In this document: piece after piece, positions 1-13,340 of the stretch
Layout: every line of letters begins with the position of its first letter
How positions within the stretch are numbered: position 1 is the stretch's first letter
Assembly (NCBI RefSeq): GCF_009914755.1
Contig: NC_060943.1
Length of the DNA stretch: 64,000 nt
Origin: the human T2T-CHM13v2.0 reference genome, Homo sapiens
Strand: one strand, 5' to 3'
Program-made: the position numbers and the translations under genes
The notes under the pieces: model-generated
The model's input: the letters and a program-made list of their open reading frames with translations, nothing else
Told to the model about the DNA's origin: nothing
The model's database searches: none

Positions 1-1024
1 CCTTCATTTCTGCAGGCAGCAGCACAGGGATGCTTCAGAGCTGGTGCGTCCTCCGAGCTCACACGAGCTCATTTGGTAGCACGAAGTGGCCACAGGCACG
101 GCAGCTGCTCAGCTCCTTTGTCCAGCCTGGGTCCCAGGACCCGCACTTCCTTGGATGCATCATGAGGGCTTCTGTTTCTTTCCTTGTGGTTTCAGGTTGA
201 GTGTGTTTTGAGTTTTACTAATTATGTCAAGAAGAAAAAACACACTTTTTACAAGCTTGGTGGGATGGGGAGCAAATTGAGTGTCAGAGCTCCTAAATTC
301 AAGAAACTGACTCAGTAAATTTGGTTAAACTGTGGAATTATCATTTGAGGTCATTAAAAAAATAAAGCAAAAAACTACCTTTTCAAAATATCCGATGAAG
401 AGAGCTCTGGGAGAGAACTCAAGTCCTCGATGACTCCCTCTCTGCATATTAGAACATGGAACCCGCAGGGGTGATAGCATGAGAGCGCTGGAGACAGGGT
501 GCGCAACCCCAGCCTTCTGTTTTGACTTGAACCAACAATGGAAACTTTTCCCCCCTTTCATTGCAGGTGTCTCTCCTACTACAGTCAGCTGCAGCTCCTC
601 CCTGGGAGATTGTCAAGTGCTGTTAGTTCACATGCGCCACCTAATTAGTGGAAGTCTTTTGTTTTCCTCCCATTTTTGATAACAATCGCAGAGGGGCAGT
701 GCCCTCAGGGATCCAGGTGGGCTGAGTTTCGCCTGATGGTGCTTCTGTGCTTACTTACCTTTCTAAGTGAAATGATTTAGACTTCAGAAACATTGGAACA
801 GTTGGCAGTTGCTGTAGACTTTTCTCAGCAGAATCAATTAATGTTGGCCTGATGTTAGGTACGTACAAGTTTGATCTCATTTGATCCTGTCATTTCAAAT
901 ATTTTAATGCAATTTATTTTTTAACTAGGTACATGTGAAGATTTTTTGGCAGCTTAGCGTGGAAACCATTGATCACCCTGCTCTCATTTCTACCTGTTCT
1001 GTGTTGGCAAGGGAGAGTGCCCAA

Positions 1025-1477
1025 ATGAGCAAGATATCGCAGCAAAACAGCACTCCAGGGGTGAACGGAATTAGTGTTATCCATACCCAGGCACATGCCA
1101 GCGGCTTACAGCAGGTTCCTCAGCTGGTGCCTGCTGGCCCTGGGGGAGGAGGCAAAGCTGTGGCTCCCAGCAAGCAGAGCAAAAAGAGTTCGCCCATGGA
1201 TCGAAACAGTGACGAGTATCGGCAACGCCGAGAGAGGAACAACATGGCTGTGAAAAAGAGCCGGTTGAAAAGCAAGCAGAAAGCACAAGACACACTGCAG
1301 AGAGTCAATCAGCTCAAAGAAGAGAATGAACGGTTGGAAGCAAAAATCAAATTGCTGACCAAGGAATTAAGTGTACTCAAAGATTTGTTTCTTGAGCATG
1401 CACACAACCTTGCAGACAACGTACAGTCCATTAGCACTGAAAATACGACAGCAGATGGCGACAATGCAGGACAGTAG
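1025..1477 (+). CDS. CEBPG: CCAAT/enhancer-binding protein gamma (150 aa bZIP), whole CDS in one exon
   Basis: ATG at 1025 in the 935..1477 ORF gives MSKISQQNSTPGVNG...; C/EBP basic region DEYRQRRERNNMAVKKSR followed by a leucine zipper; TAG at 1475-1477. I recognise the protein as human CEBPG. Confidence 0.99.
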   Translation: MSKISQQNSTPGVNGISVIHTQAHASGLQQVPQLVPAGPGGGGKAVAPSKQSKKSSPMDRNSDEYRQRRERNNMAVKKSRLKSKQKAQDTLQRVNQLKEENERLEAKIKLLTKELSVLKDLFLEHAHNLADNVQSISTENTTADGDNAGQ

Positions 1478-4445
1478 ACCTCACCCTTTCCAGACTTTAG
1501 AGCTTGTGGCTTGAATGTTAAAGGTGTGACCACCGACACCACTCATGTCAATGGCTGAAAGTTGTCCATTTCCATGACTCAAAGACCCATTGGAGGCTAT
1601 TTTCTGGGATCAGCACTGAAGAGTTGATTAGCTAAAAATGTTAGCCTTGTAATTCGAATATCTGGTTTTAAATGATAGAGGTTTTTGTGGGAATCAAAAT
1701 CCCCCAAATGTTAAGGTATATGGTAAAAAAAGAAATATCTGGGATCCCGATGTTCTTAATAAATCCTGACTTCCCAAGAAATGCTTCTTTTTTAAGTTGA
1801 CAAAAGGAATGGGGAACTGGCAGGCCGCGCAGAAGGTTCTTGGTTTTAATGGATAGGCTGAATTGGATTAAGAAAAGTTGAATGCCACCTATGGTAATCT
1901 ATTTGTGATTTTCTTCTAAATTATGTATTATAAATTCGTAGAGCTATAGAAAGCAATGAGTGTGTAATTTGGAGTGATTTTATATATGGCATAAACTTTG
2001 TTTTAACATAATTAGTACTGTTTTCCCCCAAAAGTACAAGTTTTTGAGTAGCAATGTCAGGTTAAGTAAAGAAACTTCATCACATCTTATAGGTAGTGTG
2101 TGGCCAATTGACTTAAAAAATACAAATAACATTTAGGAAGCAAATAGATTAAACACAAAAATAAAACTAAAGCATAGGAATTATGTTTTTGAGATACCTT
2201 TGGGCTTAGATTGGCATTGTTTTATTCTAAAAACCCAACTCAGTGGTGTAGAGAAACTTGTGTACCAAAATTTTAGTTTCTGCAGATGCTAGTGTTTTTT
2301 TGGATACAATTTTGACAACCAAGTTAGTAAACAAAATATCTTAACAGTTTGATGACACAAGCTACTGATGAGGGTTTGGAATATTAATTCAGAAGGTAGT
2401 TTCTCTTGTGTTCAAAATAGCTGCCATGGGGCTGTTACTTTTAAAGTCAAAATTTTCTTCTGAAGGCTCATTTTGGTATTTGATCTTAACCAAGTGATTA
2501 TTAGAGAAATGTATCAACTCCATGCCATCTCCCAAAATAATTGTCTAAGAAAACTTGAAAGTGTAAGGTTTTAACCTTTAATTTATTTCTCTTAAATACA
2601 TCTTTTGATATTGTTGTTGTGACATTTCTTTTTCTGGTTAGTGGGCTTTCCAGACTTTGTACCACTGCTTCTGTTTATTCATTTATATGCTTTTGTGTCC
2701 CATAAATTATTTCAGAAAATGCTGATAAAACTCAGGATATTGACATTTTTGTTGAGACTAAAAAATGGCAGTCGCTAAAGTAGGGACTCTAGAGTCTGGC
2801 TTACGTCAGTGTTGGTAGTTTAGATTGTCTTTGTCAACGTTTTTTCTTCTCTCTTTTGCTTTCTTTTCTTTCTCTTTTTTTCTTAGCACAGTTCTAGCTC
2901 AAATTTGTGTATTTTTTGTGTGCCTGGGCTGGAGATGAGAGACTGAGTCATAACTGATTTAAAAGTTTGTGTTATCAGGTATCTTATTTGAACATGGTCA
3001 TTTTTGGCCACATTGCTGTTTCATACTAGGACTTGGGATGATGTAGCCAGAATAAAACTCAAGTTGCACCCTCCGGTTGGTGGAAGATTGCTGACCGTGC
3101 CGTTTCTGGGCAGGAGAAGACATCATGGTGTCCAGCAACTCAGCAAAGCCATTCTTAAGAGTCGTGAGGTCCTTCTGAATGTAAAACTGGAGCCCAGGAG
3201 AAGCTGTCCCAGGAGGGCTGTTAACTCCCTATAGAGCCAGGAGACAGGATAGGGGTTTCTAGGGTCCAACACCAGCTTACCTTGGAGTATGAATCTACCC
3301 ATGAAGGATGAGAGATGTTTTGAAAAACTAGCCAGGACACACCCACAGGATCCTACTGGCTCCTTAGCAGCTGATTGGTGTTACATAATTAACTTAATTG
3401 GAGATGCATTAGGTCACTTGAATGTATAAGCAAGCACCTATGGTAGGCGCTACAGACATTTAAATCTCTTGGGAATTCGATGCTCCCATGGAATTTATAC
3501 CAGTTATATGAATTGACTTAAGTATCTTGAAAAAGAAACTTTAGAGAAAGCATCAGGGGTGTGTACTCAGTATTTCAAATCAGAACACAAGATTGGAACT
3601 TTTGGAAAAATGGGTTCAAGCTTTCCTATTAGCCATGGAAATGCAAAGTTTAGCAGAAGCAAGCAATTAGGCAGAGAACAAAAATGTTAAGCATGGTGTT
3701 GTCTATCTTATTGAAGTGGTTGGAAATGAAAGCTTTTAATTTGATAGATTTATCAGTATAAAATTAGGGAAACCACGTGTGGGGAATGAATCAATTTAGA
3801 GCTTCGGGAATTGTGAGGTGACTTTTGTAACTTTTGTTCTGTGTGTGACCTGTGAACCACTAGGATGTGATCTGCCCTTGTGGGCAGGTCCAGCATAGTT
3901 AGGAGTTAGGCTTTAGCATAAATTTCTAGCTGCATCTGAGTCTCCTGGGATGGGTGCTCTTTGGCTGGTTTTGGCTGCGGATGGTGAGATCAGAGCAGCT
4001 CTTCCTGCTGCTGGCCCCTGCAATCAGTTGTTGGGATGCCAGTGCAGATCACTAAGTAGTAAGATTTTAATCAAACACGACCAGGTCCGAAATGCAGGTC
4101 ATGAGTGTGAAATTCTCAAATTTACATAAAAAGTAGAAGTATAGACAGTTTAACATTTGGTATTAAAGGAGAGGAAATTGTAGCAGCTTTTCACGTTTCC
4201 CAGTCCCCATTAGAGGGCTTGAGACCTTGTACCTGAACAACCCATTTTGCACTCAGTGCTTTCTGATGCCTTAGGAGAATTGTTTTGTTTCACAAAAGCT
4301 GGGAAGGAAGAAGGCCATTCTGCAGCTGTTAGATCTGCCTCTCAGGAAAAAGTACTAACTTGTTCTTTTTGTTCCTGGCTTTCATCAGTTTGTGAGATTT
4401 CTCTATTTTTTTTAAATATAATTTTATTTCTTTCAACAAATATAA

Positions 4446-4451
4446 AATAAA
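4446..4451 (+). terminator. CEBPG: Distal polyadenylation signal of CEBPG
   Basis: AATAAA with U-rich upstream sequence and the downstream element cttgtctttcatcgtggctttcttt (~4472-4496). Confidence 0.8.
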
Positions 4452-5489
4452 AAACAACTTTGGAACAATGACTTGTCTTTCATCGTGGCTTTCTTTATAT
4501 TAGATACCAAAAAGCAGTCCAGATGTTAAACAGCTGGGAAGCCCAGGCAGGTGCCTTGCTGTCTTTCCTGTTCCCACACTGGACGGCTGGGGGTAGGGGT
4601 GGGGAAAGTGGGGAGACAGGCAGAGGTATTTGTGTCCAAGTCTAGATCTCCCTGTTTGCCCTTAGTGGATAGGAAAATAGTTTTCTCTGAACATGGGATA
4701 CATCTTTAGTTATATTTTTAGTCACTTGGTCTAAACTAAAAATTATACCAGAATAGGGAAAGGAATAACTGAATAAATGGGTTCCCGCTTAATCACCTAG
4801 TGTCTCAGAACATGGTTTCCATTTAGAGAGGGAAGAAATTCTTATGTTTCGAGATAGATAGTCAAGAATTTAAAGTAAGGCCTTTCCCCATCTGGAGTTT
4901 TGTAGTACATGTGGACACTGTCCTCATTTACGTCATAGAGTGTCTGTAGAGATGAATTTGCTGATTTCATAAACTGTTGAGTCCAGGGAGCTGATGTGAA
5001 TTGAATATTTCAAGGGAATGCCATTTAAATGCTTTTCTTCTCTGATGCCTCAATTATTTTCATGTCTTGGGAAATAAATCTCTGCTTGCTGCATCTTAAT
5101 GAAAAGTGGAGGTCAGGAATTATTTCTATGGGAAGTGTGGCCCGTTTCACTTTTTTGAATTAGTTGTGATTTAGAATCCAATAACGTGTCTTGGGGAATT
5201 TTACCGAGTGATGACATCTTTGTGAGGGGGGCCGGTCTTTTTCTGACAAAAGCACTTTTAGACCAGCTCATCCACTGCCTGTGCCTAGCCAGAGAGTTCA
5301 TAAGCGTTTTACAGTTTTACATACATTCAGAGAACACCATTGCCTAGGTATTCTTTTACTGCAGTATCCCACTCCTCACAGAGCTCTAGGCCTGAAAGCT
5401 GTATAGAGGCATCTAGAGAAATGGGGGTTATAGAATTGGACTTGGAAAAGGAATAGGATTGTCAGTGAAACAGTCACGCGTTACACTTT

Positions 5490-6125
5490 TTGCAGCCCAA
5501 ACGCCACCTCTTGTCCCTCCCTGTAAAGAAGCTGTTAAAACCAGATGCGCTTCCACATCGCCACCTTTCACTTCCACCTTCTAAATGGAGCTCCGGTACC
5601 TGTCTGCTTCACCCACCCCGACCCCCATGCAGAGCCATCCTCTTCGCTTGCCTGGACTTGGTGACTGGCTCCTCGTTGGTGTTCCTGGATGGCAGCGTCA
5701 CTGCCTGCTCTCCAGAACCATCTGTTGCTCCCCATTGCACCCGGGGTGAGACTCAGTCTCCTTGTGTCGTGGCGTTTCCCCTCATCAACTTAATTTCCCT
5801 CCATCCTCCTGTGTCACTCTACTTCGGCTCTAGGGCTTTTCCAAGCTCTTTTCTGCCCTTCCTGGGACAGCTCCTTCTGTCTGGAATGAAGCATCTCCTC
5901 TGGCTTTTCACTAACAAGTTCCCTCTCTGTCTCAGCCCCCTGGCTGTCTACGCTAAGCCTATCCTGTTGCTTGCTTCATGGCACTTTGCAGTGTTTGAGA
6001 CAATATATTTGTTCATGCTGGTTTGAGGTGAAGGCCTCGCAGCAGACTAGAGGCTCTGGAAGGAGGGGTCATGTTTGTATCCTGCACTGGCAGAGTAGAT
6101 GCTCAATTATGTATTGAATGAATAC
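5490..6125. mobile_element. Degenerate L2 LINE fragment(s)
   Basis: Pyrimidine-rich L2-like sequence ending in an L2 3'-end-like ...ctggcagagtagatgctcaattatgtattgaatgaat. Confidence 0.4.
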
Positions 6126-6312
6126 CTAGACACTGAGTTTCAGAAGGGTTGTAGCACACTATACAGCTTTCTGGCGGGGTCTCTAATGGATTTCTGAAGC
6201 TACATGAATTTCTGCAGAGGTTAGAAGAGACAGAGTTAGGTACAAACATGGGGGTAGCGGAGGTAGCTACTGGGGCCCTCTAGACCTGTGCTTCCAAAGA
6301 ATGCCCTTTGAG

Positions 6313-6443
6313 ACAGGTGGAGACTCACGCCTGTAATCCTAGCACTTTGGGAGGCCAAGGCAGGAGGATTGCTTGAGGCCGGGAGTTCCAAGACCAACTT
6401 GGCCAACATAGCAAACTCCTGTCTCTATTTATTAAAAAAAAAA
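6313..6443 (+). mobile_element. Alu left monomer (FLAM-like)
   Basis: ctcacgcctgtaatcctagcactttgggaggccaagg...A tail. Confidence 0.88.
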
Positions 6444-6838
6444 TTTTTTTTTTAAAGAGCACCCTTTGACCTACTGGCTCAGGAAAAACGTGACCTCTCT
6501 GTTCCTAGTGACCCTCTGAAAAGTGTTTAGATAGAAATAAGAGATTTCTCCTTGCTCCTTTTTGTTCACTTCTTGATAATCAGAGATGTTTATGTGGAAC
6601 GGGCAGCTTTGGTATGGAATGTCTGAAAGGAAGGAGAAAGATGTATGGTGCACTCAGCTCTGTTTCTCAATTAACAGAACTAAACTGTCCATTTTGAGCT
6701 TCATCCTGACTTTGAGTGGTTTTATCCTGAAAGTGGTGGAAATTAAAGCCCTGTACACCAGACTGTGTCTGTCACAGGGGAACAGGGGTGGAGAAGTGCT
6801 TGGTGAACTCTTCAACTTTCCTTACACTCAGAAGATAC

Positions 6839-7130
6839 TTTTTTTTTTTTTTTTTTTAAGAGACAGGGTCTTGCTCTGTTGCCCAGGCTGGAGCGCAGTG
6901 GTGCGATCATAGTTCACTGCAGCCTTGAACTGGGCTCAAGCGATTCTCCCACCTTAGCCTCCAGGGTAGGTGGGACTATAGGCGTGTGCCACCACGCCCA
7001 GCTAGTTTTTTATTTTTACTTTTTTTAAGAGACGGGATCTCCCTATGTTGGCCCAGGCTGGTCTTGAACTCCCAGCCTCAGACGATCCTTCAGCCTTGGC
7101 CTCCCAAGGCATGAGCCACTGCGCCTGGCT
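6839..7130 (-). mobile_element. Alu (AluJ-like)
   Basis: poly-T, gagacagggtcttgctctgttgcccaggctgg...gagccactgcgcctggc. Confidence 0.93.
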
Positions 7131-7355
7131 AAAAAGACATAATTGCTACTGCTCAATGTCACAGATGGATAGCTTAGGGAATGTATCTGTACCAGCAGAA
7201 AACCTTAAAGAATGGATGTTATAAATCTAAGAAGCAGATAAGATAAATGGTGATTTGGAACTGAGATTGGCTTTTATTTTAATGTGACCACTTTATAAGC
7301 ACTTCTGTGTTATTACCATAGGAAGAAATCAGTTTGTATTAAACTCTTTGGTGAC

Positions 7356-7636
<281 letters not shown>

Positions 7637-8309
7637 TGACTTCTGAAAACGTCTCTTAAGCTACAGTTTTCCACCCCCTCATCCTCATGGTTTCATCTGT
7701 GGCATCCTTCTCACTTGTCATCTTTCACCTTGGCTTGGGAACTCTTGGATGGGAGCTCTGTGAGAAGGCAAACCTGGAATGGTGTACAGAATTCTAGAAA
7801 CCAGCTCCAGGGGTGGGCTGTTCTGTGGGACCCTGGGAGAACTGGACAAGCAGAGGCAAGGACAGATACTTCACCAGGCATGGCTGGGCCCTGGCTGGCT
7901 TCCTGCCTGGTAGAATTTGTTCAAGGACTACACTTAGGGAGGACAAGCGGTCTCTGCAAATTGGCTGTGGCGCTGCCTTCGTTGGCAGTGTCTCCGACAG
8001 ATGCTGGCTTTGGCTAGTGTGTCCCACATGAAAAAGAAATCAAGGACAAGAGATCCCTGCAAGTCTCAGGTTTTAAATATCTGCAGCTCAAGCGCTACAT
8101 GATTCTACCACCTTCAGAAATCTAGTTTGGAGGCAGTGACCGTATCAGAAAGACTTGTGTTAAATCAGTCCGCCCTTTAACTTGCGCAAAGGCATGGCGC
8201 GGGGTGACTTGGCCAGTCTGACCTGAGTGCCTAGGATCTTCCTGCAGCGTTGCTTGCCCCACCTCAAACCTCGGGCTGCGCTGGTACTGACAAGCTAAAA
8301 CCACCTTGC

Positions 8310-8482
8310 CTAGGAGTACTTCTCACACTTGTCTGTCAGGAGCATCTGGCGGGCGCTTGTGAAATACACAATTCCTGGGCCATTGCCCCTAGACGTTGGG
8401 TCAGATGGTCTGTGGGGGTCCCAGGAATCTCTTACCAAATGCCCCAGTGGTTCTGATGCCTGTTAGGCTTGGGAAACCTTGC
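8310..8482. mobile_element. MER5A-like hAT DNA transposon relic
   Basis: cttctcacactt...cttgtgaaatacacaattcctggg...ggtctgtgggggtcccaggaatc...ccccagtggttctgatgc...ttgggaaacc resembles MER5. Confidence 0.6.
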
Positions 8483-8729
8483 AGCAAGTGACAGGGTGAC
8501 ACCAGAGCCCCGAGTCCCAGGGGCTCAAAGCAGGCTCCTCGGGGAGGACTCTGCCCTTGTCCCGCCAGGCCAGTCTGAGGCAGAAGCAGCCGTTAGAGGG
8601 CCTGTGCTGCCAGCACCATTTTCCTGGAACTGACTTGATACTGACACCAGGTGAGCCATCTTTTCAGGGTGCACGGGGTCCCAAATGCTCATCTGCAAAG
8701 GAATAAAGGGGAAGCCACGCACAAAGGAC

Positions 8730-9124
8730 CATTTTAGGAAACCTTTTATTGCAAATGCCATTCTGCATATTGATTTTTGACAGAAAGTATCAGAAATGCT
8801 TCTTTCCTGGGAAAAGGAATATAAATGACAGCAAGACACATTTTAGTTGCTACTAAAGAACAGCATTATTTTCAATCATTTTAAGTCGCTCATTTAATAA
8901 GCAAGGTATAAAACAGATTAAAGGTGGGAGCCTGCAAAAGGGTAATTAATTAAAAAAGTGTTTCCTCCCCGGGAAACAGCACTGTTTGGTCTGATCAAAT
9001 GCCGAAGCTGGGATCTGATTCTGGGTGCCGTCTCTCGCTACTGGAGTGCTGACCAGCAGGCTGCCCATCACGAAAAGAGGTTGCAAGGCCAGGCCCCCAG
9101 GTGCGCTGGGATTTCTGGCTGGCT
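8730..9124 (-). other. PEPD: PEPD 3'UTR (~0.4 kb)
   Basis: Between the stop codon and the minus-strand AATAAA; the end is approximate. Confidence 0.85.
8745..8750 (-). terminator. PEPD: PEPD polyadenylation signal
   Basis: tttatt on + = AATAAA on -, ~375 nt after the stop. Confidence 0.85.
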
Positions 9125-9286
<162 letters not shown>

Positions 9287-9505
9287 TTATCATAGAGCAG
9301 CCTCATGTGCCAGGCTAGAGGGCCGGGCCCATTCCAGGCCCACCCCACCATGGGATGGGAGCAGCTGACACTCCCTGGGAGACGGGTGGCCTCCGGGCTC
9401 CTTCATGGAGCCATCTGCCCATGTCACCTGCTCACCCTGTCTTTGCCAGGTGGATGGGAGCCCCTGGAGCGGGCAGGGGTTTTGCAGGATCTCTGTCTGT
9501 TCCTA

Positions 9506-10081
<576 letters not shown>

Positions 10082-12995
10082 CTACCCTAGGGCTTGCTTG
10101 AGAAGCCCTGTGGCCACCCATGTGCACACACCCGGGGCAAGCTGCCCAGACAGGCCTGTGGGGCTGGCTGAGGGTTGGGCTGCCCTTAGCCAGGCCCCGC
10201 TGCTGGCCAGAGGAGTGGCAGATGCCAAACCACTGAAGCCAAAAAAGCTCTTAAGGCGGCTGTGAAGCCCCTTGGGGCCACAGCTTTCCTTCCAGGCAGC
10301 CCAAGTAGAAACTGGCCCCAGAAGTCGTGGTCCCAGCTCCCCTAGGCCGAGGCCCAGGTTTTCCGTGTGACTGTCCAGGGAGGACAGGTGCCGTCATCAG
10401 GGTGGGTCTGCCAGCCTTAGTGCGCCAGTGCAAATGTGCCGTGTGCGCGTGGCTTGGCAGGTGTGGCTCCCAGAGGAGAGCTCGGGGCCTTACGGCAGGG
10501 CCCTGGGAAATAGCCCCCAGCCTTGGAGAACGCCTGAGGGACAGTGGTAGAGCCGCTCCCTGCAGGGGCCCCTGTCTGCGCCCCACACTGCCCCAGTGCA
10601 CACCCAGCCTGGCCTTGTCCACTCACAGGCACAGCTGAGGGGGCCTCAGCTTGGCTGAGGGCAGCGGGTGCTCTGGGAATTACAGGAGAGCTCCTGCTCG
10701 CCTCAGGTCCCCGGGGCACCATCCGGCCGGCGGCCAGGGCCTCTGAGCCAGTGGGCACGAGTATGCTTTCTGGTCAGGGGATGAGCCTGCCCTGCCCGGC
10801 TGCACTCCCTCCCCAGGAAGCCCAGCTGCTGGAGCGGGAGCTGTCATTTCTGACTGTTTGGGGGCCAAGAACATCAGACTCCAATTAGCAGTTCACGTAA
10901 GGTAACCAGAAACAGGCTGGCTCGGCCTCCACGCTGGGCACGGCCAGAGAGGCTGTGACTGATTCCACGGAGGGCAGGGACAGCCACGCTGACCTGGAGA
11001 GAGCAGGCCAGGCGGGAGGCGATGAGGAGACACCACAGCCTGGCTGGTGTGGCCCCGGCCCCACAACACTTGCCTCTGGGCCGCTGACCGGGAGCTGAGG
11101 CCGGAGGGCAGGGATGCCCCGTGGCTGAGGAACCGTATGGAGTGACAGTCCCTCTGCGCAGGTGAGAGGTGCATGTGGACCGAGCTGGGGCCTGTCTCCT
11201 GCCCAGAAGCTGCTGGGGGTCCCGGGGTCTCTGCTCCAGGACTTCCCGTCCCTGTCATCCGAAGCCTGTGCTGGGCTCCCCCACCCCACCGCCGCCCATC
11301 CCTCTCCTTCATGCTATTCCTGAAGTGTCCGTCCCTGTCTCCACCCACAGCAATCGAAGCCAGGGGCCTGGGGGAAGCAAGGGCCTGCCAACGTCAGGTT
11401 TCCTTCCTTCCAGTCACCCCTCCATCCCCATGGGCCCACCCCGGCTGCTCCATGGTACACGGTTGAGGGGCAGGTTTGTTTCCCCAGAGAAACGAACTTT
11501 CCTCCCCTCTGAAATCTTGAGGTCCACCACTGAAGTGGGGTGGGGGAGATTAGAAGGGATCCCCAGCGGGCACAGGGCAAGGCCTGCCTCAGCCCAGTGG
11601 CGCAGCTGCCCCTTCAGGGTGTTGGCTCTAGGGGCCTGCCCGGGGGACCTGCTGAGAGCAGGGCGCAGGCGCCATAAGAGAATGGGAAGGGCTGGGCCGG
11701 GTGGAGCGCAGAGCCATGTGGGGAGGGCACGAGCCCCTGTGGCCCAGGAAGCGCAGCCTTCAGGGGTGGGGAGGGGTCCTGCCCTCACCGCGCCCATGCT
11801 CGCCTCTGCCTGGGCACAGGGCTTGACAAGGCCTCAACTTTTATTGGGCTCCAAGCAGAGGAGCCCCAGATGTGTCTGCAGGCCTGAAATAAAACAAATG
11901 ACTTTTATAGGAAAAGCCATATTTTTTCCACAATGTTTATCTGTCAGAAGAATAGACTCTGAGCACAAAGAGGTGCTTACTGGAAAAGATGAAAACAGTT
12001 TGCTGCCAATTTTTGCTGGTGGAAAAAAAGCGCTTTGGCGACTAATGAATAACGAACCTCAGCTAACAATGTCTGGAAGGCCCAGCTCTTGGCTCCCTGC
12101 ACACAATGGGATGAATAGACATTAGGAAATTAAAACTGATTTTGTTTCTCCAAATTTAACTGTTTACACTTGAGGAAAAAAATAATTGAATAATAATGCT
12201 TCTCTTAAGCAATTCCCCCCACTGCCCCCACCCTGCCAAAAAATCATTCTTAGTGCTTTCAAAACACCCTGCAGCCAAGAGGCTGAGCCTTGTCTTGGCT
12301 AACTGGCTGGGGGGCCCCAGGGCGTGCACGATTGCACAATCAGCCCCCTGCATTGGGCAGCCCGCCAAGGGCAGGGATGGGAGCGCCCCAGCGCCCAGCC
12401 GAGAGGCCGTAGCCACCTGCCCGGTTGGGCCTCCCCAAGCCTCACTTACCCTCTGGGTGGTCCTCTGAGGGCCGGGGAACCTTGTCTGGAGATGGCCCCC
12501 AGCCTCCCTTATCTGCCAACGGGCCCCAGAATGCCTGGGGATGAGGAGGCTGCAGGGTCCCAGGTGTGCGGCCCAGGGGCCTGGGAGGAGAGGGCGAACC
12601 AGCGGCAGAGCAGGGCTGCTCCGGGTTTGTGAGGGGCCAGGGTGAGTCGCCAGTGGGTGGGGCCTCATCAACTCCCCACGCCCCAGGTCTGAATGAAGCC
12701 AGAGGCGGCAGGACGTGAGGGGTGCCACGTAGCTCCATCACGAAGACCTGTCCTTAGCACCACTGTCCTGTGGGGCCCCATGCACCGTATCCTGACTGTG
12801 TGCCACCTTCTGGACAGGTGACACCTGGGCCCAGCAGGCAGACAGCACCGCCTCTATGTCCAGTTCTGTGGAATGCTCACAGATGCACCCCTGTCTTGGC
12901 CAGGGTCCCGATTCCCCCCTCCTCATGGCCTCCGTATACCACAGGGAGCCATGGGGCCCATCCCTGCCATCCCAATACACGCCTGCTGCCTCCTA

Positions 12996-13340
<345 letters not shown>

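Larger units (their letters stand above)
929..4470 (+). other. CEBPG: CEBPG terminal exon (96 nt of 5'UTR, CDS, ~3 kb 3'UTR); 1-928 is upstream intron
   Basis: Acceptor tttattttttaactag|gtacat (AG 927-928); AATAAA at 4446-4451 followed by U/GU-rich sequence. The 3' end is approximate. Confidence 0.88.

Noticed and set aside
935-1477. 180-aa product as the main CEBPG protein
   Set aside because: The track starts at GTG; the recognised protein starts at ATG 1025. The extension is kept only as a hypothesis.
11169-12125. 318-aa ORF and the many other 100-290 aa ORFs between 10 and 41 kb
   Set aside because: GC-rich intron with overlapping ORFs in all frames, P/G/A/R/W-biased composition and no recognisable domain
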